From positions 11,972 through 75,971 of the forward strand of contig JBMORF010000056.1 in the NCBI GenBank assembly GCA_049322315.1: 64,000 nucleotides of DNA, read 5' to 3'. The DNA comes from Thermodesulfobacteriota bacterium. GTDB lineage: Bacteria; Desulfobacterota; Desulfobaccia; Desulfobaccales; 0-14-0-80-60-11. Below, in pieces: positions 18,909 through 27,324 of the stretch (the first letter of the stretch is position 1; each line of letters begins with the position of its first letter). The notes beneath the pieces are model-generated. The model was not told where the DNA came from and searched no databases. It was given only the letters and a program-made list of their open reading frames with translations. The position numbers and the translations under genes are program-made.

Positions 18909-19769
18909 ATGAGAATCCTGTTTGCCGGAGACGAGCAGCCCTACAGCGCTTATGCCCTCAAGGAAGCAGCCCGGCTGGCCATGAACACCTGGGCCGACGT
19001 GAATCTATTGGGGATCCAGCCCGGCGGCGGCGCCGCGGCGCCGGCCCCCGCCCTCAGTCTGGCCCTCACCAGTTACCGGGAGACCTTTTTAAACAGTTGG
19101 GAGGGCGAAGGCTCCCCTTACGCCAAGACCAACTGGCAATACGAGTGGTTCCCGGTCAAGGAAGGAGTTCTGGAGGAGAGGCTGATCTGCCGGGGCAGCA
19201 AGAAAGATTTTAAGGTGCGCCTGCGGGTGGGCAACGTGGCCTCCGGCATCCTGGCGGAAGCCCGGGAGGAGGGCTGCGATCTCATCGTCCTGGGCTGCTC
19301 CCGGGGCAGCGCCTGCCAGTGGGCCGGCTCTCCCGGCGTGCCCCAGAAGGTGGCCGCAGACGCGGATTGCTCCGTGCTCCTGGTCAAGGAAGAACAGCCC
19401 ATTACCCGGATCCTGGCCTGCCTGGACCAGACCCACATCAGCCAGTCCTCCCTGGAAATTTTAAACCAGATGGTCACCATCCACGAGGCCCAATTGGAAG
19501 TCATCGGCCTCAACCCCGAGGGCGGCTTGAAAAAAGAAGTCTACACCCGGTTGATCGAAGTGGGCGATTATTATCAGGCCCGGGGCATCAAGGTGAGCAC
19601 CAATATTGCGGAAATTGCCGACTTCGAGCCCTTGATCTCCGGAGAAGCGCAGCAGGATCTCCTGGCCCTGTGGATGGGCAAGAAATCCCTGCTGCAGCGG
19701 TTCTTTCCCCGGGACTGGGTGGGCCGCTTTGTGGAAAAATCCCGGGCTTCGGTACTGGTCATGCGCTAA
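18909..19769 (+). CDS. tandem universal stress protein-like protein
   Basis: Two USP-like halves (MRILFAGDEQPYSAYALKEA..DLIVLGCS..VLLVK ; ITRILACLD..). Confidence 0.65.
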   Translation: MRILFAGDEQPYSAYALKEAARLAMNTWADVNLLGIQPGGGAAAPAPALSLALTSYRETFLNSWEGEGSPYAKTNWQYEWFPVKEGVLEERLICRGSKKDFKVRLRVGNVASGILAEAREEGCDLIVLGCSRGSACQWAGSPGVPQKVAADADCSVLLVKEEQPITRILACLDQTHISQSSLEILNQMVTIHEAQLEVIGLNPEGGLKKEVYTRLIEVGDYYQARGIKVSTNIAEIADFEPLISGEAQQDLLALWMGKKSLLQRFFPRDWVGRFVEKSRASVLVMR

Positions 19770-19844
19770 AGGGTGATTATCTTATGCAGCAACGCACCGT
19801 TATTGCCTGGTAAATTTCCTCGATCCCGTTAAGGAGGAGTAATT

Positions 19845-20693
19845 ATGAAGATTCTGGTGGGCGTGGACAAAAGCGAAGAATCCCAACAAGCCCTGCGCTA
19901 TACCTGTCATTTGCTGGAGCATTTTGACGCGGAAGTGGACGCCCTTTACGTCAAGCCCGACGTGGTGGAAATGACCATGGAAGGCGGTTATGCGCCTTTC
20001 ACCACCCGGGGCCAGATCGAGCAGGAGGTGAAACGGGACGAAGATACCGTAGTGGATGAGATTATCGAGGCCTGTGAGATCTGTATCGGCGGCAGAGTCC
20101 CGTGCGAACCCCAGGTGGCGGTGGGCGACCCCGCGGCGGAGATCCTTAGGGAGGCGGATGCCGGCCATTACGATATGATCGTCTTAGGGGGCCGGGGGCG
20201 TTCGGCCCTGAAGGGCCTGCTGTTGGGCGCGGTCTCCGTCAAGGTGCTGCACCATGCCAAGCAGCCGGTCCTCATCGTCCGCAATTACCGGGAAATCAAG
20301 AGCATCCTGGTGGCCTACCGGGGCTCCCATTGCGATCAGGGGGCCCTGGAGTTCATCGCCCCCCTCTTCGCCAAAAAGCTTCCGGAGATCACCATCATGC
20401 ACGTGCAAGAAACGGCCCGGGGGGAGAGCGAAGAGTTCGCCCAAGCTTGCGTGATGACGGGCCGGGAAACCTTGGTGAACCTGGGCTATGAGCCGGTCAC
20501 CAAGACGGCCCAAGGCGACTTTGAAGAGGAGGTCCTCAAGGAAATGGCGGTGGGCCGCTATGATCTGGTAGTGCTGGGGGCTTATGGACACGAACGCCCC
20601 AAATATCTGCCGGTGATCAGCGACGAGGCCCTCAATCTGGCCCGCCTGACCACCAGGCCCGTCCTGGTCTTCCGGGCCGCGTCGGAAGAATAA
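19845..20693 (+). CDS. tandem universal stress protein (UspA family)
   Basis: MKILVGVDKSEESQQALRY.., DMIVLGGRGRSALKGLLLGAVSVKVLHHAKQPVLIVR, second half DLVVLGAYGH..RPVLVFR. Confidence 0.85.
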   Translation: MKILVGVDKSEESQQALRYTCHLLEHFDAEVDALYVKPDVVEMTMEGGYAPFTTRGQIEQEVKRDEDTVVDEIIEACEICIGGRVPCEPQVAVGDPAAEILREADAGHYDMIVLGGRGRSALKGLLLGAVSVKVLHHAKQPVLIVRNYREIKSILVAYRGSHCDQGALEFIAPLFAKKLPEITIMHVQETARGESEEFAQACVMTGRETLVNLGYEPVTKTAQGDFEEEVLKEMAVGRYDLVVLGAYGHERPKYLPVISDEALNLARLTTRPVLVFRAASEE

Positions 20694-20875
20694 GAAATTA
20701 GCCTGTTCCAGGATTAATCAAGGCCGGAAATTCAAGAGGACGGGGCAAACGACTCCTCTTTAGGGTTGATTGCCTCCGGGGGGGGCCAGGGGAGGGAGAA
20801 AAGGCGCCAGAGTTTCAGCCTCAGGAGCGAAGGCGTTCCTGGTGGCCGGCCGCGGCAAGCGGCGGCAATTTTCCC

Positions 20876-21079
20876 TTAGGGATTTTGACCGATGGCAGAC
20901 ACGTATTCCGGATAAAGATCCTGGAGACAAACCGGGCAAACGCTATGGGAAAAGAGGATATGATTGATGTCCACCCAGTAATCGTCCAAGATTTGCCATT
21001 TCCCGTTTTGATCAAGGATTTTTTGGCAAGAACAACACTGGGTGATAATTTCTTTGCCCTCTCTCCTTTGGTTTATCAT
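20876..21079 (-). CDS. small Cys-rich (zinc-ribbon-like) protein
   Basis: GAGGAG 7 nt upstream of ATG; CCSCQKI..GKW..FSHSVCPVC pattern like the C..C..W..(S)H.(I)CP.C tail found on some regulators. Confidence 0.55.
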   Translation of the reverse strand: MINQRREGKEIITQCCSCQKILDQNGKWQILDDYWVDINHILFSHSVCPVCLQDLYPEYVSAIGQNP

Positions 21080-21358
21080 AATTATTCTCCTCTATAGAGC
21101 ATAGAGGTCCTCGCGGCAAGGATAGTGGAACCCTCTAAATTTTTCCAAAACATTATTTTCCGTATAATTATTATAAGAATAAATTTTAAAGATGCAATAG
21201 GCACAACTACCCATTTTTATCTAGGTAATAGTACCTAAATTAATACACCTTTACTAATAATACTTTGATGGGTCGGTTACTGCGGTTACAATAAAAGAAG
21301 CCCTGCGGCTGGCAGCGGACCGGTTAAGAAAGCAGAGAGATGGACGGTCGGTTGCGGA

Positions 21359-21697
21359 TTGGCCGTCTGCCGGCACGGTCTTTTTCTTCTTAAGTGTGCC
21401 CCAGAAGAGGATAATTCCAGGGGCCGGGAGAAGCTGGTGACCTTGACGGATGATCAGTTCAGAATAAAAAGATTCCGGCTGGCGGACGGAGAAGAGATCA
21501 TAATCTACTGCAAGTTGCTTAAATTTCGCCCGGGACCGGCAGCAACTTTTAGCCTGTATGAGGATAACCGGGGTTTTAAATGGCTGGATATTTCCGTCAA
21601 TGATCAATCCTGCCTGATAGCGGCAACAGATACCTCCTTTGAACAACAAGTGGCAGAGGAACTCTTAACCCTGGGCTTTAATAAATATAGTGGTTAA
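21359..21697 (+). CDS. hypothetical protein (start uncertain; competes with antisense ORF 21254-21649)
   Basis: Plus-strand translation looks more protein-like than the Cys/Arg-rich minus ORF; no ATG start, no motif. Confidence 0.3.
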   Translation: MAVCRHGLFLLKCAPEEDNSRGREKLVTLTDDQFRIKRFRLADGEEIIIYCKLLKFRPGPAATFSLYEDNRGFKWLDISVNDQSCLIAATDTSFEQQVAEELLTLGFNKYSG

Positions 21698-21828
21698 TAT
21701 TCGACGTACAACGCAGTTATGACACGCCGGCTCACCAAACAGCGCCGTATGGACCCAGGCTCTGCGAACCTCAATTTAGATAATTGCCGCAATTTTTTAG
21801 ACGAACCGAAAATCTTCCGAGTAATTAT

Positions 21829-21856
21829 TTGACAAAAAACTCTGTTTTTATAAAAT
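21829..21856 (+). promoter_or_regulatory. sigma-70-type promoter for the cold-shock gene (long 5' UTR)
   Basis: TTGACA (21829-21834), 16-nt spacer, TAAAAT (21851-21856); ~125 nt leader before ATG 21985. Confidence 0.4.
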
Positions 21857-21984
21857 TTAATTAGCGCCTCAGTTAGAAACGCCATAAATAGGCCAGCAGG
21901 GGAACGAATTGCCGGTCGTTCCCTTTTTCTTTGCTGGGGAGCGCCCCACCGACACCGGGGGGGAATTTTTGGAGGTTCGAAGAA

Positions 21985-22188
21985 ATGCGTGTCCGAGGTA
22001 AGGTTAAGTGGTTCAGCGATGCCAAAGGCTATGGGTTCATTTCCCAGGAGGACGGCCCTGATGTCTTTGTGCATCACAGCAACATCGTCGCCGAAGGCTT
22101 CCGCACCCTGGAAGAAGACCAGGAGGTGGAGTTTGAGATAGTGGAGGGCAAAAAAGGGCCCCAAGCCCAGAACGTGGTAAAAATCTAA
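21985..22188 (+). CDS. cspA: cold-shock protein, CspA family
   Basis: [15 protein letters not shown] (RNP1) and DVFVHHS (RNP2); 67 aa; GGAGG RBS. Confidence 0.95.
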   Translation: MRVRGKVKWFSDAKGYGFISQEDGPDVFVHHSNIVAEGFRTLEEDQEVEFEIVEGKKGPQAQNVVKI

Positions 22189-22417
22189 TTCCTGCTGATT
22201 CTTACCCTTGGCGGAAACCAGGACGCAGTCTTCCTGCTTTGCCAGGCCCCGATCTTTTGTTCACGGGCCACCGGCGGGATAACCGCCCGGCCCGAAATGT
22301 AATGCGGCGGCCGCCTGGGCAATAGCCTCCGGGCCGGCCTTGCCGGCGGCTCCGGGCCGGGCGGGCAAATCTAGCCCCGGCGCGTCTCCGCCTCAACCCT
22401 AAAAAAAGGAGCGATAT

Positions 22418-22906
22418 ATGTCTAAGGTAAAAAATGGTGATTATGTACAGGTGCACTATACCGGCGCCTTGGAGAACGGCGACGTCTTCGATAGCAGCGA
22501 GGGCCGGGGCCCCCTGGAGTTCCAGGCGGGCGGCGGCATGGTTATCCCCGGATTTGATGAAGCGGTCATGGGTATGGCCGTGGATGAAGAAAAGCAGGTG
22601 ACCATAGCTCCGGATCAGGCCTATGGCCCCCGGCGGGACGACCTGGAGCGGGAATTTGACAACGAGATGCTGGGCGGCCATAAGGTGGAAGTGGGGCAGA
22701 CGCTCCAATTTTCCAGCCCCCAGGGGCCCGTGCCCGCCAAGGTCCTGGACGTGGGCGCGGACAAGTTCAAGGTGGACTTTAACCATCCCCTGGCCGGCCA
22801 AAACCTGGTGTTTACCATCAAACTGGCGGGCATCAGCGATCAGCCCACCCAGCATAGTTGCAGCTGCGGTTGCTCCTCCACGAACTGCGGCACCACCTGC
22901 GGTTAA
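22418..22906 (+). CDS. slyD: FKBP-type peptidyl-prolyl isomerase, SlyD-like with Cys/His-rich tail
   Basis: VQVHYTGALENGDVFDSS, IF-domain region, LAGQNLVFTIKL, C-terminal QHSCSCGCSSTNCGTTCG. Confidence 0.85.
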   Translation: MSKVKNGDYVQVHYTGALENGDVFDSSEGRGPLEFQAGGGMVIPGFDEAVMGMAVDEEKQVTIAPDQAYGPRRDDLEREFDNEMLGGHKVEVGQTLQFSSPQGPVPAKVLDVGADKFKVDFNHPLAGQNLVFTIKLAGISDQPTQHSCSCGCSSTNCGTTCG

Positions 22907-23035
22907 GGCCACCTGCCCGGGGAAAAGGCACTCCTTTTCCCGGAAAAATTCCGTAAAACAGGGAGGAGCCAAGGTTTAGCCCTTGCTCCTTCCCTTTGTC
23001 CTAACAACTCCGGATAGACTTAAACAGTAAGTCTT

Positions 23036-23620
23036 TCAGTTCCCTTCAGGGGCAGGGGGACTCCCTGGGGCTCCCGGAGTGCGTCCCATTCCCGGACCAC
23101 GGCCCATGCCTGGGCCACCTTGCGGCCCACCGCGACCCATCATGCCGCCACCCCAGCGGCCACCCCGGTGATGGTGGCGCAGCCGGCGGTCCACCAGATT
23201 GATAAAGGCCGCTTGCTGCTCCGGCCGCAGATATTTTTTGCACTCCAGGAGGAACCGCGCCACTTCTTCCTCCAACTGGCCTTGTTTCGCGCTGATCTCC
23301 CGGATCTTGGCCTGGATGGCGCTCCATTCGGGCTTCTCCTGTTTAAGCAGGGCAAAGAGCTCCTGGCGCTTGGCTATCATCTCCCGGCGCAATTGGTGGA
23401 TCCGCCGGCGATGGTCCGGCGCCAGGCGGCGCAGGGTCTGGCGCTGCTGCTGATCCAGGTTCAAGGCCCGCCACAGGTCCCGCAGGCTCACGGGCGCCGC
23501 CGCCTCCTTGCTGCTCACCTCTTTCCGGTCCTGGGACCGCAAATAGGCAAAGACGCCGATGGTCCCCAGGTTGAGCGCCATGGCAAAAATCACCAGGTAT
23601 AATAACCAGTTCCGCTTCAT
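23036..23620 (-). CDS. periplasmic Spy/CpxP/ZraP-like (LTXXQ) protein with Gly/His-rich tail
   Basis: N-terminal TM/signal, LNLDQQQRQTLRRL (LTXXQ-like), coiled-coil, C-terminal HHHRGGRWGGGMMGRGG.. Confidence 0.65.
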   Translation of the reverse strand: MKRNWLLYLVIFAMALNLGTIGVFAYLRSQDRKEVSSKEAAAPVSLRDLWRALNLDQQQRQTLRRLAPDHRRRIHQLRREMIAKRQELFALLKQEKPEWSAIQAKIREISAKQGQLEEEVARFLLECKKYLRPEQQAAFINLVDRRLRHHHRGGRWGGGMMGRGGPQGGPGMGRGPGMGRTPGAPGSPPAPEGN

Positions 23621-24057
23621 GAGCCGTTAATCTCTTCCACTTGGTAGGAGACCATCACCGCGCCCAGGGACCCCTGGGGGAAGTCATGGAATTCTTCCAG
23701 GGCCAGGACTTCGCCGTTGCCGTTGGTGGCGATGGTGGTGGAGTACGGGTAAAAATTCCGGGCCAGGGCGCCCCCCAGGACGATGCCCAGAACCAAAGAA
23801 GCGGCCATGGCCAGAGACTGCCACCAGTAACGGCGCCGGGGTTGGAGCCGGTCCAGCACCCGTTCCGGCAACCGGGACGGCAGGGGCGCCGCCAGGGTCC
23901 CCAGGGCCTCGTCCAGCCGCTGTAAGATGGCCAATTCCCGGGAGCAGTCTTGACAAACCTCCAGATGCGCGGCCACCTGCCGGTTTTCAGCCGCCGTCAG
24001 CTCGCCGTCCAGCCATGCGGAAAACCGCTCCCGTACTTGCTCACATGCCGTCTTCAC
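23617..24057 (-). CDS. zf-HC2 type anti-sigma factor
   Basis: C..FSAWLDGEL....H...C..C motif (CEQVRERFSAWLDGELTAAENRQVAAHLEVCQDC), one TM; 4-nt overlap with downstream gene. Confidence 0.75.
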   Translation of the reverse strand: MKTACEQVRERFSAWLDGELTAAENRQVAAHLEVCQDCSRELAILQRLDEALGTLAAPLPSRLPERVLDRLQPRRRYWWQSLAMAASLVLGIVLGGALARNFYPYSTTIATNGNGEVLALEEFHDFPQGSLGAVMVSYQVEEINGS

Positions 24058-24333
24058 TGGTTGCCTCTGCCCGAAAACAAAAAGTCTCCTGTAAATTAAA
24101 ACACCGGAAACCGGGCAATCCGGCGCAGGGCCTAATTTTTTCTAAAAGAAAGGGAGTCAGGGGCCTTAAGGGCCCGGGGCTGCCCCCACCCTAAGATAGA
24201 TGGGGCCCAGAGCGCCTCGATTCTCCCCCCGGCTCCGCCCCGATGCACTTGACGATCCGGTTTGTTATGTTTACTTTTGCAGTTGAAGTTTAATACACTT
24301 AACCCTAATTTTCCAGAGCCCAAGGAGGGAGTC

Positions 24334-24618
24334 ATGTTATCACTAATCCCCGCGGATTTAAGCAAACTCTCCAAAGAAAAACTAAACCAGGAACTGCTGC
24401 GCGTCGCCATCATCGCCGAACTCGACGCCATCAACCTCTATGAACAGCTGGCGGCCCTCACCGATGACGCCGACATCAAGGCGGTCTTCCTGGACATCGC
24501 CAAGGAAGAAAAGACCCATGTGGGGGAATTCCAGACCATGCTGCTGCGCCTGGACCAGGAACAGGTCCAGGAAATGGAAGCCGGCAAAGAAGAAATCGAG
24601 GAACTTACCGGGAAGTGA
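24334..24618 (+). CDS. small ferritin-like / rubrerythrin-family four-helix protein (EncFtn-like)
   Basis: AAGGAGGGA RBS; AELDAINLYEQ and EEKTHVGEF (E..H metal-site pattern); 94 aa. Confidence 0.55.
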   Translation: MLSLIPADLSKLSKEKLNQELLRVAIIAELDAINLYEQLAALTDDADIKAVFLDIAKEEKTHVGEFQTMLLRLDQEQVQEMEAGKEEIEELTGK

Positions 24619-24721
24619 CAGGGGTTAGGGGCCAGGGGCCAGAAAATAATCTCCAATCCCTGAATCCCTGATCCCTTAAAAGAGCGTTGGGAGAGGAACG
24701 GTCTCTCTCCCACCCAAAATA

Positions 24722-24747
24722 GAAGGGGGCATGAATCTGCCCCCTTC
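24722..24747. terminator. GC-rich hairpin between convergent genes (possible bidirectional terminator)
   Basis: gaagggggca-tgaatc-tgcccccttc, 10-bp stem, between stops at 24618 (+) and 24760 (-). Confidence 0.45.
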
Positions 24748-24759
24748 TGCGTTTAAGGG

Positions 24760-26973
24760 TTATTCTGCTTTTTCGCCTTTCTGTTCTTCGGCCGCCTTTT
24801 CTCCGGTCATCTCCTTATACCATTCCGAGTGGTGCTTCTTGGCCCAGAGCCGGCTCACTTTACCGTCCACCATGGCGCTCCAGGTCCCCGGGTTGGCGAT
24901 GGTGCCTAAATAGGCATGGGCGATGATCGCGGCCACAAAGACGATGGCGAAAAAGCCGTGGACCGTGGACAGAAAACAGTTAAGGGTCAAGGGCAGGCCG
25001 GCCTTGAAGATGAGCAGGATGCCCGTCAGGCCCATGACCAGGCTTAAGCCCACCGTGAGCCAGAAGAAGATCTTCTGGCCGGCGTTGAGCCTGCCCGCAG
25101 GCACCTTAACCTCTTGGCCGCCGATATAGCCGCCGTGCTTTTGCAGCCATTCCCGGTCATAGGCCACAAATTTGGCATCCTTGTACCACAGGCAGAGGCT
25201 GACGATGGAGGCGGCCACAAAGATGAGGCCCGCCACCCAATGGAGGATGACCGCGGTTTGCTGGGAACCGAAAAACAACCGCAGCATGGTCACGTTGTTG
25301 TAAAAGAAAATGTAGCCCGTAAAAAACAACACCAGGAAGGTGACCAGGCGGACCAGGTGCGTCCACCGCTCCGCCAGGGAAAACCGCTGGATTTCCCCGG
25401 GCGCGGCATAGAAGTCCGCCACCTTGGGGCCTTGCCCGGTGTAGTGCAGCACCAGGACGAAGACCAGGAGCAGGATGCCCCAACTGACGTAAGGTGTCAG
25501 ATAGAGCTGGTGAATCTGGTTTAAGGTATAGGCCCAGGGCTGGCAGCCGAAGAGGCGGCCGGAACTTTCGGTCACCGGCTTGCCGTTGGGGCCGAACATG
25601 TCGGTGACAATCTGGCCCTTGAACATGTGGGCCTTGTCCGAGTGGCAGTCGCCGCAACCGTTGGCGCCCAAGGCCAGGCTGGCCGGGGCCACGTTGTGGT
25701 TGATATTGAAGCCCTCGATATGGCCGGCCCAGGTGGTATCCATAGAGCTGGCCACCTCCCCCTTATCATCCAGCCAATACATCAGGCCGCCTTTATGGTA
25801 GTACGGCTTGATCTGCTGAAAGCGCTTATTTCCCTGGAGCGTTTCCGTCAGCGCCGTCAGCGCGATCTTGATCTGCTCCGGGGTGTGCACCGCCGGTTTC
25901 TGGGGATTTTTGGGCTTAAGTTGGCCTTTGGCCTTGGCGTAGCCTTTTTGCAGCTCCCGGGCGAACAGGGGATAATTGATGCCGTCCTTATCCCGGTTGG
26001 TAAAAAATACCGAGTTGAAGCGGTTCACCGGCCAGAGCTTGCCGTGTTCGTCCCGCTGGAACGCCGGCTGCCAGGTGAACTCCGCGCCCACCTTTTTCGC
26101 CCCCAGCTTGGGGTAGTTCACCATCTTGCCGGTGGTGACGTCAAAACCTTCGAACCCCGCCCGGTGCAGGGCCGGGATGTGACAGACCTCGCAGGCCAGC
26201 TTGTCCAGGTGGTTGGGCCTAATCGACAGGTGCTGGGGCCGGGTGGCGCCCATGTAACCCGTTTCATGGCATTCTTTGCAGGTCTTGATGGTGTTGTCCA
26301 GATTATCCGCCACCGTGGAGACGAACTCATGGCCCTTGGCGAAGTTATGCATTTCTTTGGTGATCTTCAGTTTCTTGTCTTCGATGGACGGATGGCAGTG
26401 GGCGCAATTCATCTGCTGTAAGTTGTGAATGTCCGGGTTGACCCGGTCGTTCCAGGAGAAGCCCCGCTTCTTCATGTCCGACATGCCGTGGCAAAAGACG
26501 CAGTTCTCCCCGGGGGGAGGATAGGCCAGGTCCAGGACCACCTTGCCGTCCTCATTGAAGAGGCGCTTGTTGTAAACCACGTGGGGCTGCTGGCCCTTTT
26601 TGACGACGCCGCGCACCAGGCCGATGCCGGAAGCCGCCACCGTGGCCCACTTGAAGTTCAGGGACTGGAGCTGAATATTCCGCTCTTTGAAATTGTACCC
26701 CGGCAGATGGCAGATGAAACAATCGGCCTCCACCACTCCGGTTTGGTCCCACTTGCTCTGATAATAATCGCCGTCCAGGCTTTGGGCCAAGGCGGGGTCG
26801 CTTTTAAGGCGGGTATCGTAGCGCTGGCCGTCCCGGTCGAACTCCAGGCCGCCGCCCCCGGGATGGCAGCCGCCGCAACCCGGGATTCCCGGTTTTTTGG
26901 GGTCTCCCGCGGCGGTAAAGGCAAAGGAGGTCAGATCGATCTCATCTGCGTTTTTGTTGTGCTTTTTCGCCAA
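24760..26973 (-). CDS. multihaem cytochrome c domain (7 CxxCH) fused to FdnI/HydC-type b-cytochrome membrane domain; CbcL-like; probably continuous with 26992-27324
   Basis: CGGCH, CFICH, CVFCH, CAHCH, CKECH, CEVCH, CGDCH; C-terminal 4-5 TM helices with conserved His; no signal peptide and no ATG start of its own. Confidence 0.85.
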   Translation of the reverse strand: MAKKHNKNADEIDLTSFAFTAAGDPKKPGIPGCGGCHPGGGGLEFDRDGQRYDTRLKSDPALAQSLDGDYYQSKWDQTGVVEADCFICHLPGYNFKERNIQLQSLNFKWATVAASGIGLVRGVVKKGQQPHVVYNKRLFNEDGKVVLDLAYPPPGENCVFCHGMSDMKKRGFSWNDRVNPDIHNLQQMNCAHCHPSIEDKKLKITKEMHNFAKGHEFVSTVADNLDNTIKTCKECHETGYMGATRPQHLSIRPNHLDKLACEVCHIPALHRAGFEGFDVTTGKMVNYPKLGAKKVGAEFTWQPAFQRDEHGKLWPVNRFNSVFFTNRDKDGINYPLFARELQKGYAKAKGQLKPKNPQKPAVHTPEQIKIALTALTETLQGNKRFQQIKPYYHKGGLMYWLDDKGEVASSMDTTWAGHIEGFNINHNVAPASLALGANGCGDCHSDKAHMFKGQIVTDMFGPNGKPVTESSGRLFGCQPWAYTLNQIHQLYLTPYVSWGILLLVFVLVLHYTGQGPKVADFYAAPGEIQRFSLAERWTHLVRLVTFLVLFFTGYIFFYNNVTMLRLFFGSQQTAVILHWVAGLIFVAASIVSLCLWYKDAKFVAYDREWLQKHGGYIGGQEVKVPAGRLNAGQKIFFWLTVGLSLVMGLTGILLIFKAGLPLTLNCFLSTVHGFFAIVFVAAIIAHAYLGTIANPGTWSAMVDGKVSRLWAKKHHSEWYKEMTGEKAAEEQKGEKAE

Positions 26974-26983
26974 CTGGCGAAAA
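26964..26983 (-). other. stem-loop 8 nt downstream of in-frame UGA (SECIS-like geometry)
   Basis: mRNA UGA-CCGCCCUC-UUUUCGCC-AGUU-GGCGAAAA; 8-bp perfect stem, loop AGUU. Confidence 0.5.
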
Positions 26984-26991
26984 GAGGGCGG

Positions 26992-27324
26992 TCAGAACTT
27001 CCCCATCATGCCGTCGGACAGGACCCATGGCTTCTTTTTGCTGAAGTCGTCCTTGATCTTATCCCAGCCCTGCTGGAAGTGGTAGCCCTTGGTGATCTTC
27101 TGGTAGTCGTGGCAGGCGCCGCAGGTCTGGCGGGTGCTGTAAGGCTGGTCGGCGTTTTCGCCGGTCAAAGGATTGATGATCTTGCCGTCTTCGGTCTTCA
27201 GGTGGAACGGGACACAGGCCCTGGTCTTGGCGCTGAGAATTGCCGGCCCCAGGGCTAAACCCGCGGCCAGGGCCAGTCCCAGGACGGCCCACCTCCAAGC
27301 GGCTTTCCCGGCCATAGCGGTCAT
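26992..27324 (-). CDS. signal peptide plus first haem-binding module (CGACH) of the cytochrome; ends at an in-frame TGA
   Basis: Sec signal MAGKAAWRWAVLGLALAAGLALGPAILSA; one CxxCH; same reading frame as 24760-26973. Confidence 0.75.
   Translation of the reverse strand: MTAMAGKAAWRWAVLGLALAAGLALGPAILSAKTRACVPFHLKTEDGKIINPLTGENADQPYSTRQTCGACHDYQKITKGYHFQQGWDKIKDDFSKKKPWVLSDGMMGKF

Noticed and set aside
21254-21649. 131-aa minus ORF in the AT-rich patch
   Set aside because: The Cys/Arg-rich translation is implausible. The overlapping plus-strand ORF looks more protein-like, though it too is only weakly supported.
24132-24434. 100-aa minus ORF considered as the missing ECF sigma factor upstream of the anti-sigma gene
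   Set aside because: The translation is Ser/Met-rich with no sigma region 2 or 4 motifs, and it overlaps the ferritin-like gene start.
25627-27258. Plus-strand ORFs of 264 and 277 aa
   Set aside because: Antisense to the multihaem cytochrome, whose CxxCH motifs and TM domain clearly mark the real frame.
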